Numbered from the stretch's first letter, positions 49,005 to 59,454 are shown. The stretch: 64,000 nt of DNA from Bacteroidales bacterium (GCA_012729225.1 JAAYDO010000177.1:32535-96534), one strand, 5' to 3'. The notes: generated by a model from the sequence alone, not told the origin. A program made the numbers and translations.

Positions 49005-50896
49005 GAAAATGGCGTATAGAAGACTCCAGCGAGTTATATGGAATCAGCGGTTGGGGCGTAAATTATTTCCACATCAACGACAAGGGACATGTGGCAGTGA
49101 CTCCTAATAAGGATGGTGTAGAGGTGGATTTGAAAGAGGTGATGGACGAGCTTGCTCTGAGAGATGTTTCTGCTCCCGTGCTTGTGCGTTTTCCAGACAT
49201 CATAGACAATCGCATTGAGAAGACTGCCACCTGCTTTGAAAAGGCTGGGAAAGAGTATGGCTACAATGCGGAAAACTTCATCATCTACCCTATTAAGGTC
49301 AATCAAATCAGCCCTGTGGTAGAAGAAGTGATCAAGCATGGAAAGAAGTTCAATCTGGGACTTGAGGCAGGCTCTAAACCAGAACTCCATGCGGTGTTGG
49401 CTGTCAATATGAACAGTGACTCCCTCATCATCTGCAATGGTTATAAGGATCAGGACTATATAGAGTTGGCACTTTTGGCACAGAAGATGGGTAAGCGCAT
49501 CTTCATCGTGATAGAGAAATTCAACGAGTTGGAGATTATCACCCGTCTTGCCAAGAAGATTGGAGTGCGCCCCAACATGGGCATCCGCATCAAATTGGCA
49601 GCTTCAGGTTCAGGCAAATGGGAAGAGAGTGGTGGTGATGCCAGCAAGTTTGGACTCACCTCTGGCGAACTGCTTCAGGCTCTTCAATATATAGAAGAGA
49701 ACGGAATGAAGGATTGCTTGAGACTAATTCACTTCCACATCGGTAGTCAAATCACAAAGATCAGACGTATTCAGAATGCCTTGAGAGAAGCCAGCATGTT
49801 CTATGTGCAACTCTATAAGATGGGCTTTGGGGTAGAGTTTGTAGACTGTGGTGGAGGACTTGGCGTGGACTATGACGGCAGTCGTTCCAGTTCCAGCGAA
49901 AGCTCTGTCAATTACTCCATTCAGGAGTACGTGAACAACTGTGTATCTACCTTTGCAGATGCAGCCAACACTAACGAGATTCCTCATCCCAATATCATCA
50001 CAGAAGGTGGGCGTTCTTTGGCTGCCCATCACTCTGTGCTTATCATGGAAGTGCTTGAAACTACAGAAGTTCCAGCCATGCCTGATGAGTTTGTAGTGGG
50101 AGAAAACGACCATGAATTGGCAAAAGACCTCTACAATATCTGGTGCAACATTAATGTGAGAAACATGATGGAGAACTGGCATGATGCACAGCAGATTCGT
50201 GAAGAAGCTCTTGACCTCTTCTCTCATGGCATTCTTGACCTTCGCACACGTGCGGAGATAGAGCGCATGTATTGGGCGGTGGCACGTGAAATCAACACAT
50301 TGGTACACTCTATGAAACATGTGCCAGAAGAGTTCCACTCGTTGGACAAACTCCTGGCAGACAAATACTTCTGCAACTTCTCGCTCTTCCACTCTATCCC
50401 TGACGCATGGGCTATTGACCAGATTTTCCCTATCATGCCTATTCAGAGGCTGAATGAAATTCCTGACCGCAATGCCACTTTGCAAGATATTACTTGCGAC
50501 TCAGACGGCAAGATTGCACAGTTTGTCACAGAGACAGGAGTGAGCCATTTCATCCCGCTCCACTCGCTCGACAAGAAAAAGGGCTCTTATTATATAGGTG
50601 TCTTCCTCGTTGGTGCTTATCAGGAGATTTTGGGCGACATGCACAACCTCTTTGGCGACACAAATGCTATACACGTCACAACTGACAAGAATGGTTACCA
50701 AATCAAGAACATAATTGATGGAGAAACCGTGGCAGACGTGCTCAGTTATGTGCAGTACGAGCCTAAGAAACTTGTAAGAAGCCTTGAAATCTGGGCTAAG
50801 CAAGCCATTAAAGATGGTAAGATTACGCTTGAAGAGGGTAAGGAATTCCTTGATACCTACAGAAGCGGACTGTATGGGTACACTTATCTGGAATAA
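49001..50896 (+). CDS. speA: Biosynthetic arginine decarboxylase
   Basis: N-terminus WRIEDSSELYGISGWGVNYF, YPIKVNQ (PLP lysine) and HFHIGSQI. 631 aa. ATGA overlap with aroK. Confidence 0.9.
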   Translation: MRKWRIEDSSELYGISGWGVNYFHINDKGHVAVTPNKDGVEVDLKEVMDELALRDVSAPVLVRFPDIIDNRIEKTATCFEKAGKEYGYNAENFIIYPIKVNQISPVVEEVIKHGKKFNLGLEAGSKPELHAVLAVNMNSDSLIICNGYKDQDYIELALLAQKMGKRIFIVIEKFNELEIITRLAKKIGVRPNMGIRIKLAASGSGKWEESGGDASKFGLTSGELLQALQYIEENGMKDCLRLIHFHIGSQITKIRRIQNALREASMFYVQLYKMGFGVEFVDCGGGLGVDYDGSRSSSSESSVNYSIQEYVNNCVSTFADAANTNEIPHPNIITEGGRSLAAHHSVLIMEVLETTEVPAMPDEFVVGENDHELAKDLYNIWCNINVRNMMENWHDAQQIREEALDLFSHGILDLRTRAEIERMYWAVAREINTLVHSMKHVPEEFHSLDKLLADKYFCNFSLFHSIPDAWAIDQIFPIMPIQRLNEIPDRNATLQDITCDSDGKIAQFVTETGVSHFIPLHSLDKKKGSYYIGVFLVGAYQEILGDMHNLFGDTNAIHVTTDKNGYQIKNIIDGETVADVLSYVQYEPKKLVRSLEIWAKQAIKDGKITLEEGKEFLDTYRSGLYGYTYLE

Positions 50897-51086
50897 TTCA
50901 TGACGAGCGGAAAGCGTCCCTACAAAGAAAAGAGAACACAAAGCCTATTCTTCATAGGCTCAGCAAATCCGTAACAGTAGAAAGCGCAACCAACAGCAAA
51001 AAGATTCAGTCTCTTTGGACTCTTTGGCTTGTATGCCATTGATTCCAAAGAACTTAATTACATACAAAAAGAACAGAAAACTTATT

Positions 51087-52535
51087 ATGGCAAATCTTAA
51101 AGGATTGGCAAAAGACACGGCAATCTATGGCATGAGCAGCATTGTAGGTCGTTTCTTGAACTACTTACTTGTGCCGCTCTACACCCACTACATGCCCAAA
51201 GAGTCGGGCGACTATGGAGTGAGCGTAAACATCTATGCCTATACTGCCCTTGTACTGGTCATTCTCACCTTTGGCATGGAGACTACCCTCTTCCGCTTTG
51301 CCAACAAGGAAAACGAGAAACCCGACACAGTCTTTTCCACCTCCTTTGCGGTAGTAGCAACCCTCTCCGCCATCTTCTTGGCATGCGTCTTTGGCTTTAT
51401 CACGCCTATCAGCGAAAGCCTGGACTACCAAGATCACCCTGAATACCTGCTCATGATGTCTTCTGTTGTGGTGCTTGACGCCATTCAGGCTCTTCCGTTC
51501 AGTTATCTGCGTTTTCAGAAAAGACCCATCAAGTTTGCCTCTCTCAAACTCTTGTTCATCACCTTCAATATCTTGCTCAACATCCTCTATTTTGTAGTGT
51601 TGGGAAAGACTGAGGTGTATTATGTGTTCCTCATTAATCTTTGGTGTACAGGTCTCATCACTTTCTTCTTTGTGCCAGACCTGTTCAAAATCAAGTGGCA
51701 CTTCGATTTCGGTCTGCTCAGACGCATGTTTGCCTACTCCTGGCCTATCCTTGTACTGGGTATTGCAGGAGTTCTTAACCAAACGATAGACAAGATTATC
51801 TTCCCGCTGGTGTGTGACGAGTCTGATGCCAAAGCACAACTGGGCGTGTATGGTGCATGCGTGAAGATAGCCATGATCATGGCCATGATCACCAATGCCT
51901 TCCGCTATGCCTACGAGCCTATCGTCTTTGCAAAATCGAAAGGAAAGGACAGCAAGGAATATTATGCAGGAGCGATGAAGTATTTCATCATCTTCACCCT
52001 CTTTGCCTTCCTCTGCGTGATGGGCTATATGGATGTGCTCAAGCATATCATTGAAGAAGAGTACCGTGAGGGGCTTATTACCGTACCAATTGTGATGGCA
52101 GCAGAAATCATGATGGGCATCTACTTCAACCTATCCTTCTGGTATAAGTTGATAGACAAAACCATCTGGGGTGCTCGATTCTCCTTGGCTGGATGTGCTG
52201 TATTAGTGGCTATTAATCTCATCTTCATCCCAAAGTTTGGCTATATGGCCTGTGCGTGGGGAGGCTTTGCAGGTTATGCCACCTCTATGATCCTCAGTTA
52301 CTTTGTGGGACAGAAATACAATCCTATCCAATATGACTTGAAGGGCATCTTTCGCTACATCCTATTAGCCACTGTGCTCTTCGTGGTTATGCAGTATCTG
52401 CCCGAGTCTTGGCCTGTGTGGGTACGCCTTGTGGTCAATACTGCGCTGATCATCCTTTTTGTCATGGAGATTCTGCACAAGGACTTGCCACTGCATCATC
52501 TGCCTGTCATTGGAAAGAAATTCAAGAAACGATAG
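51087..52535 (+). CDS. MOP-superfamily oligosaccharide/polysaccharide flippase-like membrane protein
   Basis: Start at MANLKGLAKDTAIYGMSSIVGRFLNYLLVPLYT. About 12-14 TM helices. Confidence 0.65.
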   Translation: MANLKGLAKDTAIYGMSSIVGRFLNYLLVPLYTHYMPKESGDYGVSVNIYAYTALVLVILTFGMETTLFRFANKENEKPDTVFSTSFAVVATLSAIFLACVFGFITPISESLDYQDHPEYLLMMSSVVVLDAIQALPFSYLRFQKRPIKFASLKLLFITFNILLNILYFVVLGKTEVYYVFLINLWCTGLITFFFVPDLFKIKWHFDFGLLRRMFAYSWPILVLGIAGVLNQTIDKIIFPLVCDESDAKAQLGVYGACVKIAMIMAMITNAFRYAYEPIVFAKSKGKDSKEYYAGAMKYFIIFTLFAFLCVMGYMDVLKHIIEEEYREGLITVPIVMAAEIMMGIYFNLSFWYKLIDKTIWGARFSLAGCAVLVAINLIFIPKFGYMACAWGGFAGYATSMILSYFVGQKYNPIQYDLKGIFRYILLATVLFVVMQYLPESWPVWVRLVVNTALIILFVMEILHKDLPLHHLPVIGKKFKKR

Positions 52536-52699
52536 CCACTGTCCATAGAAGCATTGACATGCGCCTTATAGACGCATTGGTTCATACTTCAAGCTGCACA
52601 GTCTCAGGCTTTACAGAAGACAGATGCACAAGTATTGCCCCTTTCTTATATAATAAGTCATAACCTCTAAATATTTATCAATTAAACCCCTTTCCAACA

Positions 52700-54820
52700 A
52701 TGAAAAGACTTACACTAATCTTTTTGATGCTGATTTCTCTCACAGCCAATGCCGACGAAGGCATGTGGGTATTGGGAAATATCTCTCAAAAAACTGATTC
52801 AATCCTGCGTGCTTTGGGATTGGAACTCTCTCCCGAAGAACTTTACAGCACAGAAAAGCCTTCTTTGAATGATGCCATCATCCAGTTGGGCGGTTTCTGT
52901 TCTGGTGTAGTAGTGTCTAATGACGGTCTGGTCTTCACCAACCATCATTGTGGTTTTGGTTCTATTCAGGATCACTCCACACCAAAACACGACTACCTGA
53001 AGAATGGCTTTTTTGCCAAGTCATTTGAAGAAGAGTTGCCAAACGAAGGTCTTTTTGTCCTTTTCCACATCAAGACAGTAGATGTGACAGATTTCCTTCA
53101 GAAGGCTATCTCTCAGGCCACCAACCCTATGGAGGCAGACTCTATCCTTGATGCCACATCTCGCCAACTGATGGAGATGGTAGATTATAGTGGCAAAGGC
53201 ATCCAGAGCGAAGTCAATGCCTTCTACAAAGGCAGCCGCTACTTCCTCTCTGTCTATCAGCGTTTTGACGATGTGAGATTGGTATATGCTCCACCACAGT
53301 GTTTAGGCAAATATGGTGGTGACACCGACAACTGGATGTGGCCTCGCCAGACTTGCGACTTTAGCGTGTTCCGCATTTATGCCGGCAAGAACAATGCACC
53401 AGCAGAATATAGCAAGGACAACAAGCCCTACCACCCTCGCAAGTTCGCACATGTGAGCACTCAGGGCTATCACGATGGCTCATACGTAATGACCTTAGGT
53501 TTCCCAGGCAGTACCGACCGCTATCTTTCTTCTTATGGCATTGAGAATGTGATGCGCACAACAAATGATGTGCGTTATCAGGTACGTGATGTCAAATTGG
53601 CAATCCTCAATGAGGCAATGAGATCCAGTGATGCCCTGCGCATCATGTATGCCTCCAAACATGCCAGCAGTTCCAACTACTGGAAGTTCTCTCTTGGTCA
53701 GAACACCGCACTTGACAACCTCAAGGTGATAGAAGAGAAGCGTCAGTTGGAGAACGACCTCCTTGAGTGGGCTAAAGCTGACACCGCAAACCGTGGTCGT
53801 TACCTTGACTTGATGGAAACACTTAGAGACATCTACAAAAACAACTACGACAACTTCTACACCCGCAGTCTCTGGATAGAGTCTTTCTATAGCGGAAGTG
53901 ACATCATGAACTTTGTGTTGAGAAATACCATGCGCTCTAACGATGACGACTTCCAAGAGAGAGTGGCAAAGCAGTATCGCGATATTGATGTAGCAACAGA
54001 CAAGAAAATCTTTACCGCATTGATCAAGAACTATGTGAACCATGTGCCTAAACGCCCTGAGTTTCAGCTGACCTCCATCCAGCAAGAGGTAGATTCCATT
54101 TGGGAAGGCAACTACGACAAGTTTGTAGATAACCTTTATGCCAACTCCGTGTTTGCCAAGCCTGAAGAACTGAAGAACACGCATACCTTCGGAGAAGTAA
54201 GTAAAGACCCCATGGTGGGTGTTGCCATAGAATTTCTCCGTATCTACTATGCACTGATGAAAGAACCCACCGATGAGGAGAACTACGAGCGCATCTTGGG
54301 CGAAGGTCTTCGTGAGATGAACAAGGACAAGGAGTTCTATCCAGACGCAAACTTCACCATGCGACTCAGCTATGGTCTCTGCAAGCCCATCGATTTCGCC
54401 CCAGGCACTACAGATCTGAAGGAAGAGGCTACAAGCATGGTCACAACCCCACAGTCATTTATCAACAAGCATGAGCAGAATCCTGACAACTACGACTACC
54501 GCCTCATCGACCCTGTATATAAGTGGATGAAGAAGGGAAAGTTCTCCAAGCAGTATCTGGAGCCACAGTCCGGCAAGTTGCCACTCTGCTTCCTCACCAC
54601 CAACGACATCACAGGCGGCAACTCAGGTTCAGGCATGTTTGACGGTAAGGGTCGCCTCATCGGACTTGCTTTCGACGGCAACTGGGAAGCCATGTCAGGC
54701 GACATCAAGTTTGACAATGCCCTCCAGCGATGCATCGGCGTAGATATTCGCTATGTGCTCTCAGTGATGGACGACTATAGCCATGCCAAACGACTCATCA
54801 ATGAACTCACCATTGAATAA
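52700..54820 (+). CDS. Peptidase S46 dipeptidyl-peptidase, DPP7-type
   Basis: Signal peptide then ADEGMW. Catalytic His in FTNHHCG and Ser in GGNSGSG. The residue 18 positions after the Ser is Gly (FDGNWE), where P. gingivalis DPP11 has Arg673 (FDRNWE). Confidence 0.85.
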   Translation: MKRLTLIFLMLISLTANADEGMWVLGNISQKTDSILRALGLELSPEELYSTEKPSLNDAIIQLGGFCSGVVVSNDGLVFTNHHCGFGSIQDHSTPKHDYLKNGFFAKSFEEELPNEGLFVLFHIKTVDVTDFLQKAISQATNPMEADSILDATSRQLMEMVDYSGKGIQSEVNAFYKGSRYFLSVYQRFDDVRLVYAPPQCLGKYGGDTDNWMWPRQTCDFSVFRIYAGKNNAPAEYSKDNKPYHPRKFAHVSTQGYHDGSYVMTLGFPGSTDRYLSSYGIENVMRTTNDVRYQVRDVKLAILNEAMRSSDALRIMYASKHASSSNYWKFSLGQNTALDNLKVIEEKRQLENDLLEWAKADTANRGRYLDLMETLRDIYKNNYDNFYTRSLWIESFYSGSDIMNFVLRNTMRSNDDDFQERVAKQYRDIDVATDKKIFTALIKNYVNHVPKRPEFQLTSIQQEVDSIWEGNYDKFVDNLYANSVFAKPEELKNTHTFGEVSKDPMVGVAIEFLRIYYALMKEPTDEENYERILGEGLREMNKDKEFYPDANFTMRLSYGLCKPIDFAPGTTDLKEEATSMVTTPQSFINKHEQNPDNYDYRLIDPVYKWMKKGKFSKQYLEPQSGKLPLCFLTTNDITGGNSGSGMFDGKGRLIGLAFDGNWEAMSGDIKFDNALQRCIGVDIRYVLSVMDDYSHAKRLINELTIE

Positions 54821-54835
54821 GAATCAATAAAACAA

Positions 54836-54870
54836 GAACCCCAAGGCCTCACGGCTTCGGGGTTCTTTCT
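54836..54870 (+). terminator. Terminator-like hairpin after the S46 peptidase gene
   Basis: GAACCCCAAGGCC-TCAC-GGCTTCGGGGTTC followed by TTTCT. Confidence 0.55.
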
Positions 54871-55018
54871 AAAAAAACTAACCAATATTACGTCGAAAAA
54901 AAATCTTACAATAATCTATCTTGTACCTAATCTATATATGAAAGATCAAAATCTAACTCTAATCCCTCAGTAGGAGGAAACTAACTCATATTCTTTAGCA
55001 GGGGGACACGTAAGCAAT

Positions 55019-55195
55019 CTACCACACAACCACTCGGTGATGAACCACTCTGCGTGGAGGAGGAGGTGGTGGAGGAGGATAACCATGTCTGTACTCATAA
55101 CCATCTGCAAGATCCATGAGGTCGTAAGCGCAGAAACAAGACTGGCAGAGAAGTGAACCTGCAATCACTGTAAGCAAAAGAATAAACTTTTTCAT
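55019..55195 (-). CDS. Candidate small secreted protein (58 aa) with a poly-proline tract; below the ORF-track size cut-off
   Basis: Own translation: MKKFILLLTVIAGSLLCQSCFCAYDLMDLADGYEYRHGYPPPPPPPPRRVVHHRVVVW. A TATCTTTG -7 box at 55243-55250 lies 47 nt upstream. Confidence 0.4.
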   Translation of the reverse strand: MKKFILLLTVIAGSLLCQSCFCAYDLMDLADGYEYRHGYPPPPPPPPRRVVHHRVVVW

Positions 55196-55450
55196 AAGGC
55201 GATGTATTTACGAGTTAAACAATTCTGTTATTTTTGTTGATGCAAAGATACAGGGTTTACAGACCTGATGCAATAGATTTTCTCCTAATAGGAAATGTAA
55301 AAACCCTAAAGAGGTTAGGAAAACACCTCACAGAAGAGAGGGAAACAATGCCATGATGCTCTATTCACAAAATTCACATTGCGACACAGAATGCCCTCAC
55401 ATCTGCCCTATCTCATCCCCTTCTCGCCCTCACAGCCCTTCATGTCTGCA

Positions 55451-55516
55451 AAGAAAAAGGTGATGGAATTATCCAAAACTCATCTCGAAGGCATCTCGAA
55501 GGCATATCGAAGGCTC
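55451..55516 (-). repeat. Family B dispersed repeat, copy 4
   Basis: Core ATCTCGAAGGC ATCTCGAAGGC ATATCGAAGGC. The reverse complement matches 31420-31485 at about 60/66 positions, including the flank GATAATTCCAYCACCTTTTTC. Confidence 0.75.
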
Positions 55517-55790
55517 GCAGAAGCAAGAGGAGGGGAAGTTTCTCCGTGAAAGGTTCTTTATCATCATTGTTTCATGTCATTGGGCGTAAATGTATGAGTG
55601 CCTCTTGAAAGTTGGATGGAGTTTGCACGCACGAATCACGTGAGTCCGACACAAGAAACTTACGTTGGATCATAGATGCTGACAATCGAACCAACAGCCT
55701 CATCTTCTGAATTTGATGTGTCCAGATGATATTCCCATCAACCACGCTCTTAAAAAATCAAATATATTTGGTTATTCTATCACTTATTCG

Positions 55791-55798
55791 TAACTTTG
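55791..55798 (+). promoter_or_regulatory. Candidate -7 box (TAACTTTG) for metK, implying a ~150-nt leader
   Basis: TAnnTTTG match 157 nt upstream of the metK ATG. A second match, TATATTTG, is at 55763-55770. Confidence 0.4.
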
Positions 55799-55955
55799 CA
55801 CCCGAAATAAAATGTGGACAGATTTGGACTGCTTGCAACCACAGTAAAAAATGCTAAAACGACAAAACGGAGCCTCAATGAGAGGCAGTCTCTGTCGGTG
55901 CATCTTTTCCCAATCTATCCCATACACATTATTTATTCATTTAATAATCAACGTT

Positions 55956-57281
55956 ATGGGTTATTTATTTACATCAGAATCAGTTTCAGAAGGACATCCA
56001 GACAAAGTTGCTGACCAAATCAGCGATGCCGTGCTGGACAACCTGTTGGCCTACGACCCAGACTCAAAGGTGGCATGCGAGACACTTGTCACTACAGGAC
56101 AGGTTGTTGTGGCTGGCGAGGTGAAAAGCAATGCCTATGTGGACTTGCAGGAAATAGCACGTGAAACCATTAACCGTATTGGCTACACCAAGTCTTCCTA
56201 TAAGTTTGACGGCGAGAGCTGTGGCGTGTTGAATGCCATTCATGAGCAGAGCAGTGACATCAACCGAGGAGTGGAGCGACAAGACCCTCAGGAGCAGGGT
56301 GCAGGCGACCAAGGCATGATGTTTGGCTATGCCACCAACGAGACAGCCAACTACCTCCCGCTCTCCCTCGACCTCTCTCACCGCATTCTTCAGGTGCTGG
56401 CAGACATTCGCAGAGAGGGCAAGGTGATGACCTACCTGCGTTCAAACGGAAAAGAGGTAACTTACCTACGTCCAGATGCCAAGAGCCAGGTGACCATTGC
56501 CTATGGAGAAGACAACAAGCCAGAGTATATACACACAATTGTGGTAAGCACACAGCACGACGAGTTCATCGTGCCAGATGCAGACAAGGGAATCACACAG
56601 GAAGAGGCAGACAAGCAGATGCTTGCACGCATTCGCGAGGATGTCATCAACATTCTCATCCCACGCGTCATTGCAGAGATTGACGACGAGCATGTGAAGT
56701 CACTCTTCAAGAACGGCATCACCTACCATGTCAATCCAACAGGCAAGTTCGTGATTGGAGGCCCTCACGGAGACACAGGACTCACAGGTCGTAAGATTAT
56801 TGTTGATACCTATGGAGGCAGAGGTGCACACGGAGGTGGCGCTTTCTCAGGCAAAGACCCAAGCAAGGTGGACCGTTCAGCAGCTTATGCCGCACGCCAC
56901 ATTGCCAAAAACCTTGTCGTGGCAGGAGTTGCTGACGAGATGCTCGTGCAACTCAGCTACGCAATTGGTGTGGCAAAACCAGTCAGCATCTACGTGAACA
57001 CCTACGGCACAGCCAAGGTAAACCTCACAGATGGCGAGATTGCACAGAAGATAGATGTCCTCTTCGACCTTCGTCCAAAGACTATTGAACAGCGTTTCGA
57101 CCTCCGCAAGCCTATCTATCTCGAAACAGCCTCTTACGGACACTTTGGTCGCAAGACAGAGCGTGTGGTCAAGACATTCCACAACCGCTATCAGGGCGAC
57201 AAGCAGATGGAAGTAACCCTCTTCCCTTGGGAGGAGACCGAGGCATATCAGACCGACATCAAGAAAGTATTCAACTTGTAA
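55956..57281 (+). CDS. metK: S-adenosylmethionine synthetase
   Basis: [83 protein letters not shown]. Start moved to the ATG at 55956. Confidence 0.95.
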   Translation: MGYLFTSESVSEGHPDKVADQISDAVLDNLLAYDPDSKVACETLVTTGQVVVAGEVKSNAYVDLQEIARETINRIGYTKSSYKFDGESCGVLNAIHEQSSDINRGVERQDPQEQGAGDQGMMFGYATNETANYLPLSLDLSHRILQVLADIRREGKVMTYLRSNGKEVTYLRPDAKSQVTIAYGEDNKPEYIHTIVVSTQHDEFIVPDADKGITQEEADKQMLARIREDVINILIPRVIAEIDDEHVKSLFKNGITYHVNPTGKFVIGGPHGDTGLTGRKIIVDTYGGRGAHGGGAFSGKDPSKVDRSAAYAARHIAKNLVVAGVADEMLVQLSYAIGVAKPVSIYVNTYGTAKVNLTDGEIAQKIDVLFDLRPKTIEQRFDLRKPIYLETASYGHFGRKTERVVKTFHNRYQGDKQMEVTLFPWEETEAYQTDIKKVFNL

Positions 57282-57352
57282 AAAACAGCACGGAAAGGAT
57301 GGCAAGCCTGTCATGCATGTCATGAGACTTGCATTTCCTTTCATTAAGAGAA

Positions 57353-58273
57353 ATGACAGATAGCCTCAACAGCATCATCACTACAGACTCCTGCAATCTG
57401 GACAGCACACCATCAGTCCGCCATTTCGTCGGCATTGACAGTGTGCAATCCTCTCAGGTCACAAGCCCCCATAGTCGTCTGGATAGCATCCTGCTTGCCA
57501 AAGACTCCAGCAACCTGATGCGCACAGATGCCTATCGGGCAGGAACTGAAGTGCCCGACCACACCTACCCGATGAGGACACAGCCCTACTGTTTGGCAGG
57601 AGACGACGTGATGATAGGCGTGATGGCATTCCTTTTCTTCCTTCTTGCAGCAATACTTTACAGAAGCAGAGAAAACATCGTCAATAGGCTGAAAGACCTC
57701 TTCATCGGACAACGAACCTATGGTGAAAACCACTCAAGCGACAACATGGGAGAATCCATCTACTCATTGCTTCTCACCACTATCAGCGCCTTGAGCCTTA
57801 CCATCATTCTCCTTCACCAAGATGTGAAGCAAAGTTGCCTGATAAATGCAATGGGCATGCCCTATTGGTTGCTCGGAGCAGGAGTCCTCATCTGTGTGGG
57901 TTTTGTGTATCTCAAGGCAGGACTTTATTCATTAGTCAATTGGACCTTCTTCAATACAGAATCGAACAAAAGATGGTTGAAGGATTACCTCCTGCTCACT
58001 GCTCTCACCGCATTCATTTTCTACCCTATAGCCCTGATTGACATCTTCTTCCCTCATTTATCCAAATTTGTCATTGGAGGTATCATGTTGATACTTTTTT
58101 TGTATGAAATCCTGCTATTTTACAAGCTAATTATCAACTTTAGAATCAGGAATTACGGATATATCCTATTTTTTTTGTACTTTTGCAGCGTAGAACTCAT
58201 GCCTGCACTTGTATTGCGACATTTGGTGATGTGCTTAAACTATCATTTTCTTATCAATAATATATTATACTGA
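57353..58273 (+). CDS. DUF4271-like integral membrane protein
   Basis: Multi-pass membrane protein immediately upstream of the hemD-like gene, a synteny I recall for DUF4271 in Bacteroidota. The start is uncertain (TTG 57329 or ATG 57353). Confidence 0.55.
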   Translation: MTDSLNSIITTDSCNLDSTPSVRHFVGIDSVQSSQVTSPHSRLDSILLAKDSSNLMRTDAYRAGTEVPDHTYPMRTQPYCLAGDDVMIGVMAFLFFLLAAILYRSRENIVNRLKDLFIGQRTYGENHSSDNMGESIYSLLLTTISALSLTIILLHQDVKQSCLINAMGMPYWLLGAGVLICVGFVYLKAGLYSLVNWTFFNTESNKRWLKDYLLLTALTAFIFYPIALIDIFFPHLSKFVIGGIMLILFLYEILLFYKLIINFRIRNYGYILFFLYFCSVELMPALVLRHLVMCLNYHFLINNILY

Positions 58274-59007
58274 TGGCAACAAAGATCCTCGTATCTCAAC
58301 CAAAACCACAGACCGAAAAGTCACCATACTTTGAGGTGGCACAAAAATACAATCTTGATTTGGTTTTCCATCCATTCTTCAGGATAGAACCCATGTCTGC
58401 CAAAGACTTCCGTCAGCAGAAAGTGTCCATCCCTGGCCATACAGCAATCATCTTCACATCTCGTCACGCTATCGACCACTTCTTCAACCTTTGCAAGGAG
58501 TTGCGTGTCACCATTCCTGACGACATGAAGTATTTCTGTGTGTCAGAACAAGTATCACTCTACATTCAGAAGTATGTGCAGTATCGCAAGCGCAAGAACT
58601 TCTTTCCAGAAACAGGCCGTCTTGCCGACCTTCTGCCCATCATGGTCAAGCACAGCAACGAATACTACTTCGCGCCACAGTCCTCTGCCCACAATGACGA
58701 CATGAAGAACATGTTGGACGGCGCAGGACTCAAGCACGACGAGGCTGTGATGTACTATACTGTTGCCAACGACTTTTCCCCCGAGGAGGCATTTGACTAC
58801 AGCATGCTGGTATTCTTCTCTCCCGAGGGAATCAACTCTCTCTTCAAGAACTTCCCCAACTTCGAGCAGAAAGGCGTGAAGGTGGCATGCTTAGGCACTA
58901 AGACCGTCAAAGCAGCAGAAGCGGCAGGGTTGCACGTTGATTATCAGCCAACACCCGAGCTCCGCTCTGTGCCAGCCATCATCGAGGCTTTTGCTAAAAC
59001 ACTTTAG
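58273..59007 (+). CDS. hemD: Uroporphyrinogen-III synthase (HemD family)
   Basis: Two-lobed HemD pattern (ILVSQPKP ... AIIFTSRHAIDHFF ... LVFFSPEGINSLF). TGATG overlap with the upstream gene. Confidence 0.7.
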   Translation: MATKILVSQPKPQTEKSPYFEVAQKYNLDLVFHPFFRIEPMSAKDFRQQKVSIPGHTAIIFTSRHAIDHFFNLCKELRVTIPDDMKYFCVSEQVSLYIQKYVQYRKRKNFFPETGRLADLLPIMVKHSNEYYFAPQSSAHNDDMKNMLDGAGLKHDEAVMYYTVANDFSPEEAFDYSMLVFFSPEGINSLFKNFPNFEQKGVKVACLGTKTVKAAEAAGLHVDYQPTPELRSVPAIIEAFAKTL

Positions 59008-59014
59008 TAACATA

Positions 59015-59398
59015 ATGGTCCTCACATTCAAGAAATCAGAAAGGCTCACAAGCCAATTGACCATAGACAAACTTTTCGCAGGTGGAAATGCTTCTTTCTC
59101 AGCATATCCCCTGCGAATTGTTTATATGAAAGAGGAGAAAAAAGAAGAGAACTCCTTGCCAAAAGTCCTGATTTCCGTGCCTAAGAAACGTTTCCACCAT
59201 GCCGTTGATCGCAATCGCATGAAGCGTCTCACACGCGAGGCATATCGACTCAACAAGCACATCTTAGAGACTGCACTTGCAGAGTCCAATTTTCACCTGA
59301 TTGTTGCCTTTGTATGTGTGGCTGACACGCTCCCCAATTTCCACACGGTCAATAAAAGCATGAAGAAAGCCCTTCATCGAGTGGCTGAACACCTTTAA
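59015..59398 (+). CDS. rnpA: Ribonuclease P protein component
   Basis: MVLTFKKSERLTSQLTIDKLF ... AVDRNRMKRLTREAYR (RNR motif). Start moved to the ATG at 59015. Confidence 0.85.
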   Translation: MVLTFKKSERLTSQLTIDKLFAGGNASFSAYPLRIVYMKEEKKEENSLPKVLISVPKKRFHHAVDRNRMKRLTREAYRLNKHILETALAESNFHLIVAFVCVADTLPNFHTVNKSMKKALHRVAEHL

Positions 59399-59454
59399 GG
59401 GCATCCGTTCCTCCTAAGTCTGTGAAATAAATGAAATAATTGATAGATTTTGCC

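Noticed and set aside
55799-55955. SAM-I or SAM-II riboswitch call upstream of metK
   Set aside because: I could not find the conserved SAM-I core or a convincing SAM-II pseudoknot (AAAGCU pairing). Only a generic structured leader is reported. It needs a covariance-model search.
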